Assembly (NCBI GenBank): GCA_044508835.1
Contig: JBIQHD010000013.1
Coordinates: 22,731-86,730 of the forward strand
From: Rubrivivax sp.
GTDB taxonomy: Bacteria; Pseudomonadota; Gammaproteobacteria; Burkholderiales; Burkholderiaceae_C
DNA: 64,000 nt
Direction: 5' to 3'
Shown here: piece after piece, positions 1 through 9,885 of the stretch
Numbering within the stretch: the stretch's first letter is position 1
Layout: every line of letters starts with the position of its first letter
The notes under the pieces: generated by a model
Databases searched by the model: none
Seen by the model: only the letters and a program-made list of their open reading frames with translations
What the model was told of the DNA's origin: nothing
Program-made: the position numbers and the translations under genes

Positions 1-1
1 G

Positions 2-373
2 GACGAGGACGGCTACCTCTGGTACCAGGGCCGCAGCGACGACATGTTCAAGGTGGCCGGCTACCGCGTCGGCCCGAGCGAGATCGAGAACTGCCTCGTC
101 AAGCATGCGGCCGTGGCCAACGCCGCGGTGATTCCCAAGCCCGACCGCGAGCGCGGCGCGCTGGTCAAGGCCTTCGTCGTGCTGGCGCCGGGCTTCGAGG
201 CGAGCCAGGCGCTCGTCGTGCAGCTGCAGGAGCACGTGCGCGGCAAGCTCGCGCCCTACGAGTACCCCAAGGAGATCGAGTTCATCGACACCCTGCCGAT
301 GACGACCACCGGCAAGGTGCAGCGGCGGGTGCTGCGGCTGCAGGAAGAGGAGCGGGCCCGGCAGCAGGGGTGA
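2..373 (+). CDS. AMP-dependent synthetase/ligase (acyl-CoA synthetase family), C-terminal fragment; the 5' end lies outside the window
   Basis: The frame is open from nt 2. The translation DEDGYLWYQGRSDDMFKVAGYRVGPSEIE...PMTTTGKVQRRVL matches the conserved C-terminal subdomain motifs of adenylate-forming enzymes (GRxDD, GxxIxxxEIE, TxxGK). Confidence 0.85.
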   Translation, partial: DEDGYLWYQGRSDDMFKVAGYRVGPSEIENCLVKHAAVANAAVIPKPDRERGALVKAFVVLAPGFEASQALVVQLQEHVRGKLAPYEYPKEIEFIDTLPMTTTGKVQRRVLRLQEEERARQQG

Positions 374-396
374 CCTGCCTGCGGCAAACTCGCCGC

Positions 397-1452
397 ATGC
401 AGACCATCACCCTCGGGCGCAGCGACCTGCGCGTCACCGCCGTGTGCCTCGGCACCATGACCTTCGGCCAGCAGGTCGACGAAGCCACCTCCCACGCCAT
501 CCTCGACCATGCCGTCGAGCGCGGCATCGACTTCCTCGACGCCGCCGAGATGTACCCCGTGCCCGCGCGCGCCGAGACCAGCGGCGCCACCGAAACCATC
601 CTCGGGCGCTGGTTCGCCAGCCGCCCCGGCATGCGCCGGCGCGTGGTGCTCGCCAGCAAGGTGGCCGGCCCCTCGCGCGGCATGCCGTGGATCCGCGAGG
701 GCCGGCGCGACGTCACGCCCGCCGACATCGCCGCCGCCTGCGACGCGAGCCTCGCGCGCCTGCAGACCGACTGCATCGACCTCTACCAGATCCACTGGCC
801 GATCCGCAACGCGCCGGCCTTCGGCTCGATGTACTTCGACCCGTCGAGGACCGAGGCCTTCACCTCCATCCACGACCAGCTGGAAGCGATGGCCGGCCTC
901 GTCAAGGCGGGCAAGGTGCGCGCCATCGGCCTGTCGAACGAGACGCCCCACGGCGTGGCCGAGTTCGTGCGCCTGGCCGAGCAGCACGGCCTGCCGCGCG
1001 TGGCGACGGTGCAGAACCCGTACTGCCTCGTCAACCGCGCGCTCGACAACGGGCTGGACGAGACGATGCACCACCACGGCGTGTCGCTGCTGGCGTACTC
1101 GCCGCTCGGCTTCGGGCTGCTCACCGGCAAGTACGACGCCGCCGGCCTGCAAGGCGCGCCGGGGCGGCTGGCGATCTTCGAGAGCATGCGCCGCCAGCGC
1201 TGGGGCCGCCCCGAGGCGCTGGACGCGGCGCGGCGCTACAACGCGCTGGCGCGCGAGCACGGGCTCACGCCGACGCAGCTCGCGCTCGCCTTCTGCCGCG
1301 ACAACTGGCGCGTGGCGAGCACCATCATCGGCGTGACCACGCAGGCCCAGCTCGACGAGGACCTCGACGCCTGGAACGTGCCGCCGCTGTCGGCCGAGCT
1401 GCTGGCGGCCATCGACGCCATCCGCTGGACCCAGCGCGACCCCGCGCAATGA
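397..1452 (+). CDS. NADP(H)-dependent aldo/keto reductase (Tas-like)
   Basis: MQTITLGRSDLRVTAVCLGTMTFGQQ...DFLDAAEMYP...IDLYQIHWP is a typical AKR N-terminus with AKR motifs. An alternative GTG start at 370 overlaps the upstream stop (GTGA). Homology appears to begin at the ATG at 397. Confidence 0.85.
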   Translation: MQTITLGRSDLRVTAVCLGTMTFGQQVDEATSHAILDHAVERGIDFLDAAEMYPVPARAETSGATETILGRWFASRPGMRRRVVLASKVAGPSRGMPWIREGRRDVTPADIAAACDASLARLQTDCIDLYQIHWPIRNAPAFGSMYFDPSRTEAFTSIHDQLEAMAGLVKAGKVRAIGLSNETPHGVAEFVRLAEQHGLPRVATVQNPYCLVNRALDNGLDETMHHHGVSLLAYSPLGFGLLTGKYDAAGLQGAPGRLAIFESMRRQRWGRPEALDAARRYNALAREHGLTPTQLALAFCRDNWRVASTIIGVTTQAQLDEDLDAWNVPPLSAELLAAIDAIRWTQRDPAQ

Positions 1453-1459
1453 GGCTGCG

Positions 1460-1951
1460 ATGGCGAAGAAGCCGCCGCACGTGAGCGAGACCCCGGCCAC
1501 GGCCTTCCTGCGCCGCCACGGCGTGGCCTTCAGCGAGCATGTGTACGAGTACGTGGAGCACGGCGGCACCGACGAGTCCTCGCGCCAGCTCGGCGTGCCC
1601 GAGCACCAGGTGATCAAGACGCTGGTGATGCAGGACGAGCGCGCCCAGCCGCTCATCGTGCTGATGCACGGCGACCGGCAGGTGAGCACCAAGAACCTCG
1701 CGCGGCAGATCGGCGCGAAGTCGGTCGAGCCCTGCAAGCCGGAGGTGGCGCAGCGCCACAGCGGCTACCAGGTCGGCGGCACCTCGCCCTTCGGCACCAG
1801 GCGCGCGATGCCGGTGTACGTGGAAGAGAGCGTGCTCACGCTGCCGTCGATCTGCATCAACGGCGGGCGGCGCGGCTTCCTCGTCGGCATCGAGCCGGGG
1901 CGGCTGGTCGAGCTGCTGGGCGCGAAGCCGGTGCACTGCGCGCTGGCATAG
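1460..1951 (+). CDS. ybaK: Cys-tRNA(Pro)/Cys-tRNA(Cys) deacylase, YbaK/EbsC family
   Basis: This 163-aa ORF has an ATG preceded by GAGG. It carries YbaK-like motifs (KTLV...HGD..V....LA...G, GGTSPFG, INGGRRG). Confidence 0.8.
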   Translation: MAKKPPHVSETPATAFLRRHGVAFSEHVYEYVEHGGTDESSRQLGVPEHQVIKTLVMQDERAQPLIVLMHGDRQVSTKNLARQIGAKSVEPCKPEVAQRHSGYQVGGTSPFGTRRAMPVYVEESVLTLPSICINGGRRGFLVGIEPGRLVELLGAKPVHCALA

Positions 1952-1957
1952 ATCGCT

Positions 1958-2878
1958 TCAGCGCGCGCCGAGCATCAGGTCGAGGTTCTGCACCGCCGCG
2001 CCCGAGGCGCCCTTGCCGAGGTTGTCGAACACCGCCGCGAGCAGCACCTGGCCGCGCGCGTCGTTGTCGAAGACGTGAAGGTGCAGGTCGTTGCTGCCGT
2101 TGAGCGCCTGCGGGTCGAGGTGCGCGAGCGCGCGTGACGCCTCGGCCGCCATCACCTGCACGTGCCGCGCGCCGGCGTAGTGCGCCTGCAGGCAGGCGCG
2201 CAGCCGGGCGCCGTCCACGCCGCGCGGCAGCAGGCGCAGGTGCAGCGCGATGGTGAGCACGATGCCCTGGCGGAAGGCGCCGTAGGCCGGCACGAAGAAC
2301 GGCCGCGCGGCCAGGCCCGCGTGCCGCTCGATCTCCGGCACGTGCTTGTGCTCCAGGCCGAGCGCATAGACCTGCAGCGGCGGGCCGCCGCCCGGGCCCT
2401 CGTGCTCGTCCAGGCCCGCGCGGCCGCGGCCGGAGTAGCCCGACACCGCATGCACCGTCACCGGATGGTCGCGCGGCAGCAGCCCGGCGTCGGCCAGCGG
2501 GCGCAGCAGCGCCACGGCGCCCGTCGGGTAGCAGCCCGGGTTGGACACCCGCTTCGCCTGCGCGATGCGCGCCGCCTGGCCGGCGGCCATCTCGGGGAAG
2601 CCGTAGCTCCAGGCCGGGTCGGTGCGGTGCGCCGAGCTGGCGTCGACGAGGCGCACGGCCGGGTTGGTCACGCTGGCCGCCGCCTCGCGCGCGGCCGCGT
2701 CGGGCAGGCACAGCACGGCGACGTCGCAGCCGTTGATGGCCTCGGCGCGCCGGCGCGCGTCCTTGCGCTCGGCGGGCGGCAGCGTGAGCAGCGAAAGGTC
2801 GCCGCGCGACTGCAGGCGCGACATCAGCTGCAGGCCGGTGGTTCCCTGGTCGCCGTCGACGAACACGGTGGGCTTCAT
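1958..2878 (-). CDS. argC: N-acetyl-gamma-glutamyl-phosphate reductase (short type-2 ArgC)
   Basis: Only the last 306 codons of the 892-aa ORF look real. [17 protein letters not shown]...SNPGCYPTG...VSGYSGRG...[14 protein letters not shown] carries the catalytic GCYPT and C-terminal DNLxKGA motifs. The ATG at 2878 is preceded by AGGAGA. Confidence 0.9.
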   Translation of the reverse strand: MKPTVFVDGDQGTTGLQLMSRLQSRGDLSLLTLPPAERKDARRRAEAINGCDVAVLCLPDAAAREAAASVTNPAVRLVDASSAHRTDPAWSYGFPEMAAGQAARIAQAKRVSNPGCYPTGAVALLRPLADAGLLPRDHPVTVHAVSGYSGRGRAGLDEHEGPGGGPPLQVYALGLEHKHVPEIERHAGLAARPFFVPAYGAFRQGIVLTIALHLRLLPRGVDGARLRACLQAHYAGARHVQVMAAEASRALAHLDPQALNGSNDLHLHVFDNDARGQVLLAAVFDNLGKGASGAAVQNLDLMLGAR

Positions 2879-2953
2879 GGGCGTTCTCCTTGCGAGGCGT
2901 GCATCCTCGATCCCGGTCGCCGTTCCGGCAAGTTGCATTTGCGGACGCTGATC

Positions 2954-2968
2954 TTCAGAATTCCTGAA
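2954..2968. promoter_or_regulatory. Candidate LysR-type operator (T-N11-A palindrome) in the argC/LysR divergent intergenic region
   Basis: TTCAGAATTCCTGAA has perfect 5-bp inverted arms (TTCAG/CTGAA) and fits the T-N11-A architecture. It lies 22 nt upstream of the LysR start codon. Confidence 0.4.
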
Positions 2969-2989
2969 CTGCCACCGTTTCGACACGCC

Positions 2990-3871
2990 ATGCGCGAACT
3001 GAGCCTCGACCGCCTGCGAACGCTCGTCGCCATCGCCGACCTCGGCTCCTTCGCGGCGGCGTCGAAGGCGCTGCACCTCGCGCCCCCCACCATCAGCCTG
3101 CACGTCGCCGAGCTGGAGGCCCGCTTCGGCGCGCCGCTGCTGCTGCGCGGCAAGCCGCGCGTGGCGCCCACCGGCGCCGGCGCCACGCTCGTCGAGCGCG
3201 CCCGGCGCCTGCTGGCCGATGCGGACGACGCGCTCGACGCGGTGCGGCGGCAGGTCGCGGGCGATGCCGGGCGCGTGCGCGTGGGCGCGTCGACGGGCGT
3301 GATCGCGTACCTGCTGCCGCGCGCGCTCGAGGCGCTGAACGCGCGGCACCCGGGCATCGACGTGCAGGTGAGCGTGCTCACTTCGGAGACCACGCTCGCG
3401 CGGCTCGCGGCCGGCACGCTGGACGTCGGCCTGGTCGCGCTGCCGCAGCCGCCCGGCGCGCGGGGGCTGCGCATCGTGCCGTGGCGGCGGGACCCGGTGA
3501 TGGCCTTCGTGCCGGCGGCGTGGGCCGGCATCCCGAAGCGCGCCACGCCGGCCTGGCTGGCGGCGCGCCCGCTCATCCTCAACGACAGCGCCACCCGCCT
3601 GTGGCGGCAGACGGCCGAGTGGTTCGCGGCGGCCGGCGAGCAGCCGCGCCCGCGCATCGAGCTCAACTACAACGACGCGATCAAGAGCCTCGTCGCCGCC
3701 GGCTACGGCGCGGCCGTGCTGCCGCACGAGGCCAGCGCCGGCGCGCCCGACGCGCGCATCGCCATGCGGCCGCTGCGCCCGGCGCTGTGGCGCGCGCTCG
3801 GCATCGCGCACCGCGTGGGCGAGGCCGACGGCGCCACGCAGCGCGTGCTGGCCACGCTTCGCGAGACCTGA
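2990..3871 (+). CDS. LysR family transcriptional regulator
   Basis: [47 protein letters not shown] is a canonical LysR winged-HTH. It is followed by a roughly 200-aa substrate-binding domain. The gene is divergent from argC. Confidence 0.9.
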   Translation: MRELSLDRLRTLVAIADLGSFAAASKALHLAPPTISLHVAELEARFGAPLLLRGKPRVAPTGAGATLVERARRLLADADDALDAVRRQVAGDAGRVRVGASTGVIAYLLPRALEALNARHPGIDVQVSVLTSETTLARLAAGTLDVGLVALPQPPGARGLRIVPWRRDPVMAFVPAAWAGIPKRATPAWLAARPLILNDSATRLWRQTAEWFAAAGEQPRPRIELNYNDAIKSLVAAGYGAAVLPHEASAGAPDARIAMRPLRPALWRALGIAHRVGEADGATQRVLATLRET

Positions 3872-3925
3872 GGCCATCGCGCGCGCCGCGATGCAAAATC
3901 GTCCGGCACCGCTTCTCCACGCACC

Positions 3926-4585
3926 ATGCCCACCACCCTGTCCATCGCCCTCGCCGCGCTCGCGGCCTACCTGATCGGCTCGCTCTCCTTCGCCGTGATC
4001 ATCAGCCGCGTGATGGGCCTGAGCGACCCGCGCAGCTACGGCTCGGGCAACCCCGGCGCGACCAACGTGCTGCGCTCGGGCAACAAGACCGCGGCCATCC
4101 TCACGCTGGCATTCGACGCGCTCAAGGGTTTCGTGCCGGTGCTGCTGGTGCTGCTGTTCGGCCGCCCCTACGGGCTGGGCATGGGCGCGGCGGCCGTCGT
4201 CGGCGTGGCGGCCTTCCTCGGCCACCTCTGGCCGGTGTTCTTCGGCTTCAAGGGCGGCAAGGGCGTGGCCACCGCCGCCGGCGTGCTGTTCGCGCTCAAC
4301 CCGTGGCTGGGGCTGGCCACGCTGGCGAGCTGGGTCGTCATCGCGGCGTTCTTCCGCTACTCGTCGCTCGCCTCGCTGGTGGCGGCGGTGTTCGCGCCGT
4401 TCTACCAGCTGCTGATCTGGGGCGGCGGCCCCATTGCGATGGCCGCCGGCGTGATGGGCCTGCTGCTCATCGTGCGCCACCGCGCCAACATCGCGAAGCT
4501 GCTGGCCGGCACCGAGAGCAAGCTCGGCCGCAAGGCGCCGGCCGCGGCCGCCGCGCCGCGCGCGGCAAAGGGCCACAGGCGATGA
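3926..4585 (+). CDS. plsY: Glycerol-3-phosphate acyltransferase PlsY
   Basis: [14 protein letters not shown]...[16 protein letters not shown]...FDALKG...[18 protein letters not shown] are the diagnostic PlsY motifs in a multi-pass hydrophobic protein. Confidence 0.92.
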   Translation: MPTTLSIALAALAAYLIGSLSFAVIISRVMGLSDPRSYGSGNPGATNVLRSGNKTAAILTLAFDALKGFVPVLLVLLFGRPYGLGMGAAAVVGVAAFLGHLWPVFFGFKGGKGVATAAGVLFALNPWLGLATLASWVVIAAFFRYSSLASLVAAVFAPFYQLLIWGGGPIAMAAGVMGLLLIVRHRANIAKLLAGTESKLGRKAPAAAAAPRAAKGHRR

Positions 4586-4941
4586 GGGCCGAGGCCCGCC
4601 GGATGCTGGCGCTGTGCGTGGTCGCCGGCGCCGCATGGGGCGCGGGCCAGGGCCTGAAGGCGTGGCAGGGCCACCGCCTCGGCGAGCGCGTGGCCGCCAG
4701 CGCCGTGGCGGGCGACATCCTGATGATCTCCTCCGTGACCTGCGTGCATTGCCGTGAGGCGAGGCAGTGGCTCACCCGGCACGAGGTGCCGTTCAGCGAG
4801 TGCTTCATCGAGCAGGAGGCGGCCTGCGCCGAGGCCTATCGCCGGCTGATGGCGCAGGGCACGCCGACCCTGCTGGTGCGCGGCGAGCGGCAGCTGGGCT
4901 TCAGCGCGCGGCGGATCGCCGAGGCGCTCGAAGGAAGCTGA
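4582..4941 (+). CDS. Glutaredoxin-family protein with an N-terminal hydrophobic segment
   Basis: The ATG overlaps the plsY stop (ATGA). The translation has a CVHC redox motif followed by a thioredoxin-fold-like TPTLLV..GxxxxGF segment. The N-terminus ([15 protein letters not shown]) looks like a signal or anchor. Confidence 0.65.
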   Translation: MRAEARRMLALCVVAGAAWGAGQGLKAWQGHRLGERVAASAVAGDILMISSVTCVHCREARQWLTRHEVPFSECFIEQEAACAEAYRRLMAQGTPTLLVRGERQLGFSARRIAEALEGS

Positions 4942-5115
4942 TCTGGCAGGGGCCCGGGCGCCGCCCGCGACGCCGCGCCGGTTTGCCGGATCGCACGGAC
5001 AGCGGCCGGGGAATGGGCTAGATTGCCCGAAGCCCCGCCGGTCCGGGCGGCGAACGCTCCGGCCGCGCGGCTGTCCGCAGCATGCGTCGGCGACGACGCG
5101 ACAGGAGGAAGTCCC

Positions 5116-6612
5116 ATGAGCGATTCGAACCAGACCCTCGCCGGCTCCACCACCGCCGCCGGCGCGCCCGCGGCCAGCGACCGGAACTCGCTGACGATCG
5201 GCCCCGACGGGCCGGTGCTGCTGCACGACGTGCACTTCCTGGAGCAGATGGCGCACTTCAACCGCGAGAAGGTGCCCGAGCGCCAGCCGCACGCCAAGGG
5301 CGCGGGCGCCTTCGGCGTGTTCGAGGCCACCGAGGACGTGTCCAGGTACACCAAGGCGGCGCTGTTCCGCCGGGGCGCCTGCACCGAGATGCTGGCGCGC
5401 TTCTCCACCGTGGCAGGCGAGGCCGGCAGCCCCGACACCTGGCGCGACGTGCGCGGCTTCTCGCTGAAGTTCTACACGTCCGAGGGCAACTACGACCTCG
5501 TGGGCAACAACACGCCGGTGTTCTTCGTGCGCGACCCGATGAAGTTCCCGCACTTCATCCGCAGCCAGAAGCGCCTGCCCGACTCGGGCCTGCGCGACAA
5601 CCACATGCAGTGGGACTTCTGGACGGGCAACCCCGAGACCGCGCACCAGGTGACCTACCTGATGGGCGACCGCGGCCTGCCGCGCACCTGGCGCCACATG
5701 AACGGCTACGGCTCGCACACCTACCTGTGGGTCAACGCGGCGGGCGAGAAGTTCTGGGTCAAGTACCACTTCCACACGAAGCAGGGCATGGCCTTCTTCG
5801 GCAATGCCGAGGCCGCGGCCATGGCCGGCAGCGACGCCGACTTCCACCGCCGCGACCTGTTCGAGGCCATCGCCCGCGGCGAGCATCCGGGCTGGACGCT
5901 GTCGGTGCAGGTCATGCCGTACGCCGAGGCGAAGGGCTACCGCTTCAACCCCTTCGACCTCACCAAGACCTGGTCGCACAAGGACTACCCGCTGATCAAG
6001 GTCGGCACGATGACGCTGAACCGCAACCCGGAGAACTTCTTCGCCCAGATCGAGCAGGCGGCGTTCTCGCCGGGCAACACGGTGCCGGGCATCGGCCTGT
6101 CGCCGGACAAGATGCTGCTCGGCCGCGCCTTCGCCTACAACGACGCGCAGCGCAACCGCATCGGCACCAACTTCCACCAGCTGCCGGTCAACCGGCCCAG
6201 GGTGCCGGTGAACACCTACCTGTTCGACGGCCAGATGGCCTACGAGCACAGCGGCAGCGCGCCCGTGTACGCGCCCAACAGCGGCGGGCGGCCCTGGGCC
6301 GACGCCACCGGCGCCGTGGACGACGGCTGGGAGGCCGACGGCGCGATGGTGCGCAGCGCCTACACCCTGCACGAGCAGGACGACGACTTCGGCCAGCCCG
6401 GCACGCTGGTGCGCGAGGTGTTCGACGACGCGCAGCGCACCCGGCTGGTCGACCAGGTGGCGGGCAGCCTGCTCGGCGGCGTGCGCAGCCCGGTGCTGGA
6501 GCGCGCCTTCGACTACTGGAAGCGCATCGACGCCGACGTGGGCCGGCGCATCGAGGAGAAAGTGCGCGCCGGGGCGGCACCCCAGCCGGTCGAGGGCATG
6601 GGCGAACGCTAG
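5116..6612 (+). CDS. Monofunctional haem catalase (small-subunit type)
   Basis: RERIPERVVHAKG-type motifs are present ([69 protein letters not shown]). The ATG at 5116 is preceded by AGGAGGA. The ORF-track start at 5023 would add a non-homologous leader. Confidence 0.93.
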   Translation: MSDSNQTLAGSTTAAGAPAASDRNSLTIGPDGPVLLHDVHFLEQMAHFNREKVPERQPHAKGAGAFGVFEATEDVSRYTKAALFRRGACTEMLARFSTVAGEAGSPDTWRDVRGFSLKFYTSEGNYDLVGNNTPVFFVRDPMKFPHFIRSQKRLPDSGLRDNHMQWDFWTGNPETAHQVTYLMGDRGLPRTWRHMNGYGSHTYLWVNAAGEKFWVKYHFHTKQGMAFFGNAEAAAMAGSDADFHRRDLFEAIARGEHPGWTLSVQVMPYAEAKGYRFNPFDLTKTWSHKDYPLIKVGTMTLNRNPENFFAQIEQAAFSPGNTVPGIGLSPDKMLLGRAFAYNDAQRNRIGTNFHQLPVNRPRVPVNTYLFDGQMAYEHSGSAPVYAPNSGGRPWADATGAVDDGWEADGAMVRSAYTLHEQDDDFGQPGTLVREVFDDAQRTRLVDQVAGSLLGGVRSPVLERAFDYWKRIDADVGRRIEEKVRAGAAPQPVEGMGER

Positions 6613-6635
6613 GGCGCCGGCGGCGCGCGGGCGGC

Positions 6636-6998
6636 TCAGGCCTCGCCCGTGCCGCCGGTGCGCCCGCGGATCGACTCGGTCCCGTGCGCGTCGCGCGCGC
6701 GGCCGAGGGCCGAGTCGACCGAGCGCAGCAGCTTCTCGCCCGCGCCGCGCAGGGCCTCGGCCACGCTGCCGGCGTCGTGGGTCACGGCGATCGGCGGGCG
6801 TCCGGCCACGCGGGCTTCGAGCTTGCAGCGCTTGTCGTTGTCGCCGGCGCGGGCGGCGTTGACGTCGCTCAAGTGCACCTCGATGCGGGTGATGTGGTCG
6901 CGAAAGCGCGCCAGCTTGTCCTTCAGCTCGCCCTCCGCCCATTGCACGAGCGAATCGCGGTTCTGGATGTTGTCGTCGGTGTTCAGGTGGACCTGCAT
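6636..6998 (-). CDS. HPF/RaiA-family ribosome-associated protein (short form)
   Basis: This 120-aa ORF has an ATG with a GAGGA Shine-Dalgarno sequence. The pattern L...AE.EL..KL.RF...ITRIEVHL.D.N...G.NDK.C.LEAR is typical of this family. It is convergent with the catalase gene. Confidence 0.7.
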   Translation of the reverse strand: MQVHLNTDDNIQNRDSLVQWAEGELKDKLARFRDHITRIEVHLSDVNAARAGDNDKRCKLEARVAGRPPIAVTHDAGSVAEALRGAGEKLLRSVDSALGRARDAHGTESIRGRTGGTGEA

Positions 6999-7053
6999 GC
7001 GAATCCTCGGTGAATGATCGATATGGAGTCCGAGTGCCGCGGCGCGCGAAGGT

Positions 7054-7689
7054 TCAGCCCTCGAACGTGAGGCCCAGCTGCGCCGGGTCGCCGCGCCCGC
7101 GGCGCACCAGCACCGGCTCGTCGCCGCTCAGGTCGACCACCGTGGTCGACTCCATCGCGCAGGCGCCGGCGTCGACCACGCCGTGGAGCAGCTTGTCGTA
7201 GCGCGCGACGATCTCGTCGGCGTCGTTCAGCGGCTCGGTCTCGCCGGGCGGGATCAGCGTGGTGGCGAGCAGCGGCTGGCCGAGCACGGTGAGCAGATCC
7301 TGCGCCACGCGGTGCGTGGGCACGCGCAGGCCGATGGTGCGGCGCGAGGGGTGCGACACGCGCCGCGGCACTTCCTTCGTGGCTTCGAGGATGAAGGTGA
7401 AGGGGCCGGGCGTGCCCAGCTTGAGCAGGCGGTACTGGCGGTTGTCCACGCGCGCGTAGTTGGCGAGCTCGCTCAGGTCGCGGCACAGCAGCGTGAGCAG
7501 GTGCTTGTCGTCCACGCCGCGGATGCGCCGCAGGCTCTCGGCCGCGGCCTTGTCGTCGAGGTGGCACACGAGCGCATAGCTCGAATCGGTGGGGATGGCG
7601 ATCACGCCGCCGCCGTGCAGCAGCTGCGCGGCCTGCTTCAGCAGGCGCGGCTGCGGGTTCTCGGGGTGGACTTCGAAGTGCAGCGACAT
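7054..7689 (-). CDS. yciO: Sua5/YciO/YrdC family protein (annotated by some pipelines as L-threonylcarbamoyladenylate synthase)
   Basis: The 211-aa protein reads GGVIAIPTDSSYALVC...RIRGVDDKHLLTLLCRDLSE...PGPFTFIL...IGLRVP. Its size and its adjacency to the PHP phosphatase mirror the E. coli yciV-yciO pair. Confidence 0.75.
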   Translation of the reverse strand: MSLHFEVHPENPQPRLLKQAAQLLHGGGVIAIPTDSSYALVCHLDDKAAAESLRRIRGVDDKHLLTLLCRDLSELANYARVDNRQYRLLKLGTPGPFTFILEATKEVPRRVSHPSRRTIGLRVPTHRVAQDLLTVLGQPLLATTLIPPGETEPLNDADEIVARYDKLLHGVVDAGACAMESTTVVDLSGDEPVLVRRGRGDPAQLGLTFEG

Positions 7690-7694
7690 GGGCG

Positions 7695-8546
7695 TCACGC
7701 GGGGTGGTGCACGCGCGCGGCGAGTGCTTCCCACACCGGCGTGAGCTGCGGGGGCAGCGGCGGCAGGGCGCCCAGGTCGACGTGGCTCTCGTCGGGGCTG
7801 TGGAAGTCCGAGCCGCGCGAGGCGAGCAGGTCGAACTCCAGCGCCGTCTCTGTGTACCTGGCGAAGTCGGCGGGGCTGTGGCTGCCGGTCACCACCTCCA
7901 CGCCGCGCCCGCCGTGCGTCTTGAACTCGGTGAAGAGCGCGTACTCCTCGGTCGGCGTGAACTTGTAGCGGCCCGGGTGCGCGATCACCGCCATGCCGCC
8001 GGCCTCGGTGATCCAGCGCACGGCGTTGGCCAGCGTCGCCCAGCGGTGCGGCACGAAGCCGGGCCGGCCTTCGACGAGGAAGCGGCGGAACACCTCGGAG
8101 GTGTCGGCGCACACGCCGGTCTCGACCAGGAAGCGGGCGAAGTGCGTGCGCGAGATCAGCTCGGGGTTGCCGACGTAGCGCAGCGCGCCCTCGTAGGCGC
8201 CTTCGATGCCCACGGCCGCGAGGCCCGCCGCCATCTCGAGCGCGCGTTCGCGCCGGCCGCCGCGCGTGGCGCGCAGGCCGGCGACGAGCGCGGCGTCGTC
8301 GGCGTCGAAGCCGAGGCCGACGATGTGCACCGTCTGGCCGGCGAAGGTGATGGAGACCTCGGTGCCGGTGAGGTAGGGCAGGCCGAGCGCCAGTGCGGCC
8401 GTGCGGGCGCGGTGCTGGCCGGCCACCTCGTCGTGGTCGGTCAGCGCCCACAGCGCCACGCCGTTGGCCTTGGCGCGCGCGGCCAGGGCTTCCGGCTCGA
8501 GCGTGCCGTCCGACACGGTGGAATGGCAGTGCAGGTCGGCGTTCAT
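7695..8546 (-). CDS. yciV: PHP-domain phosphoesterase (TrpH/YciV-type 3',5'-nucleoside bisphosphate phosphatase / RNase AM)
   Basis: MNADLHCHSTVSDGTL...LTDHD...GTEVS...VIAHPGRY...GVEV..G.H....SRGSDFH gives the PHP metal-binding histidine/aspartate motifs in the canonical order. Confidence 0.85.
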   Translation of the reverse strand: MNADLHCHSTVSDGTLEPEALAARAKANGVALWALTDHDEVAGQHRARTAALALGLPYLTGTEVSITFAGQTVHIVGLGFDADDAALVAGLRATRGGRRERALEMAAGLAAVGIEGAYEGALRYVGNPELISRTHFARFLVETGVCADTSEVFRRFLVEGRPGFVPHRWATLANAVRWITEAGGMAVIAHPGRYKFTPTEEYALFTEFKTHGGRGVEVVTGSHSPADFARYTETALEFDLLASRGSDFHSPDESHVDLGALPPLPPQLTPVWEALAARVHHPA

Positions 8547-8604
8547 CCGCGAATTGTAGGAAGCGGGGCGTCGGCGAGGCGCCGGCAAGGGGATGGCGGC
8601 GCCT

Positions 8605-9789
8605 TCAGCGCGCCACGCGCAGCACCTGCCCGCGGGGGCTGTCGGTGAGCAGGAGCAGCGCGCCGTCCGGGGCCTGGCGCACGTCGCGGATGCGCTCGCC
8701 GAGCGAGGCATACATCTCTTCGCGGCTGGTGGCCGCCGCGCCGTCGAGCGCCACGCGCCACAGCGCCTGGCCGCGCAGCGCGCCGACGAAGGCATGGCCG
8801 CGCCACTCGGGAAACATCGTGCCGTCGTGGATGCACAGCCCGCTCGGGGCGATGGAGGTCGGCACCCAGTGGGTGACCGGCTGCTCCAGCCCCTCGGCGG
8901 CCGAGGCGCCGCCCACCGGCTCGCAGCGGCCCACCGGCGCGCCGTACTCGCAGCCGTAGGAGATGCGCGGCCAGCCGTAGTTGCGGCCCTTGCGCACGAG
9001 GTTCAGCTCGTCGCCGCCCTGCGGGCCGTGCTCGGCCACCCACAGCTCGCCCGTCGCGGGATGCAGCGCCGCGCCCTGCGGGTTGCGGTGGCCGAAGCTC
9101 CAGATCTCGGGCCGCGCGCCGGGTCTGCCCACGAACGGGTTGTCGGCGGGCACGCTGCCGTCGGGGCGGATGCGCACCACCTTGCCGTGGTGGGTGGCGA
9201 GGTCCTGCGCCTTCACGCGCTCGCCGGCGCTCTGCCGGTCGCCGAGGGTGACGAACAGCAGGCCGTCGCGGTCGAACACCAGGCGCGAGCCGAAGTGGGC
9301 GTTGGTCGAGGCCTTGGGCGTCTGGCGGAAGATCACCTGCACGTCGCGCAGCGCCTCGCCCGCCAGCCGGCCGCGCGCCACGGCCGTGCCGTTGCGCCCC
9401 GACTCGCCGCCGCGGCCGGCTTCGGCGTAGCTGAGGTAGACCATGAGGTCGCCCCCTTCGGCGCGCGCGGCCACGTCGAGCAGGCCGCCCTGGCCGCGGG
9501 CGTGCACCTCGGGCACGCCGCCCAGGCGCGCCACCGGCCGGCCGTCCAGCGCCAGCAGCGCCAGCCGCCCGGCCTTCTCGGTGACGAGCATCCGGCCGTC
9601 GGCGAGCACGGCCAGGCCCCACGGGTGTTCGAGGCCGGACGCCAGCGTGCGCGGCACCGGCGGCGCCGCGGCGCGCACGAGGCGCGGGCCGGCCGCCAGC
9701 AGCGCCGGCGCACCGGCGGCGAGCCGGCGCAGCACCCGGCGGCGCGACCAGCGGGGAAGCTCGGATGCAGGCGACGTGTCGGGCGTCAT
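8605..9789 (-). CDS. PQQ-dependent sugar dehydrogenase (soluble aldose sugar dehydrogenase, YliI-like), Tat-type signal
   Basis: LEHPWGLAVLADGRMLVTEKAGRL, HFGSRLVFDRDGLLFVTLGD, HGKVVRIRPDGSVPADNPF, WSFGHRNPQG and GGDELN...G.NYGWP are beta-propeller sGDH motifs. SRRRVLRRLAAGA resembles a twin-arginine signal. An alternative start lies at 9831. Confidence 0.85.
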   Translation of the reverse strand: MTPDTSPASELPRWSRRRVLRRLAAGAPALLAAGPRLVRAAAPPVPRTLASGLEHPWGLAVLADGRMLVTEKAGRLALLALDGRPVARLGGVPEVHARGQGGLLDVAARAEGGDLMVYLSYAEAGRGGESGRNGTAVARGRLAGEALRDVQVIFRQTPKASTNAHFGSRLVFDRDGLLFVTLGDRQSAGERVKAQDLATHHGKVVRIRPDGSVPADNPFVGRPGARPEIWSFGHRNPQGAALHPATGELWVAEHGPQGGDELNLVRKGRNYGWPRISYGCEYGAPVGRCEPVGGASAAEGLEQPVTHWVPTSIAPSGLCIHDGTMFPEWRGHAFVGALRGQALWRVALDGAAATSREEMYASLGERIRDVRQAPDGALLLLTDSPRGQVLRVAR

Positions 9790-9885
9790 GGCGCGGCTCC
9801 GCAGTGGGGATGGCCCGATGCTACGCAGCACGCGCCGACCCTTGCCGGCGAGCCGGAAGCCCCCGCTGGAAGAGGGCCGCCCGCG

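Noticed and set aside
1958-4636. An 892-aa minus-strand ORF taken at face value.
   Set aside because: Only the last 306 codons (1958-2878) match ArgC and have a Shine-Dalgarno sequence and an ATG. The upstream 586 codons are R/G/A-rich. They overlap the well-supported LysR and plsY genes on the opposite strand.
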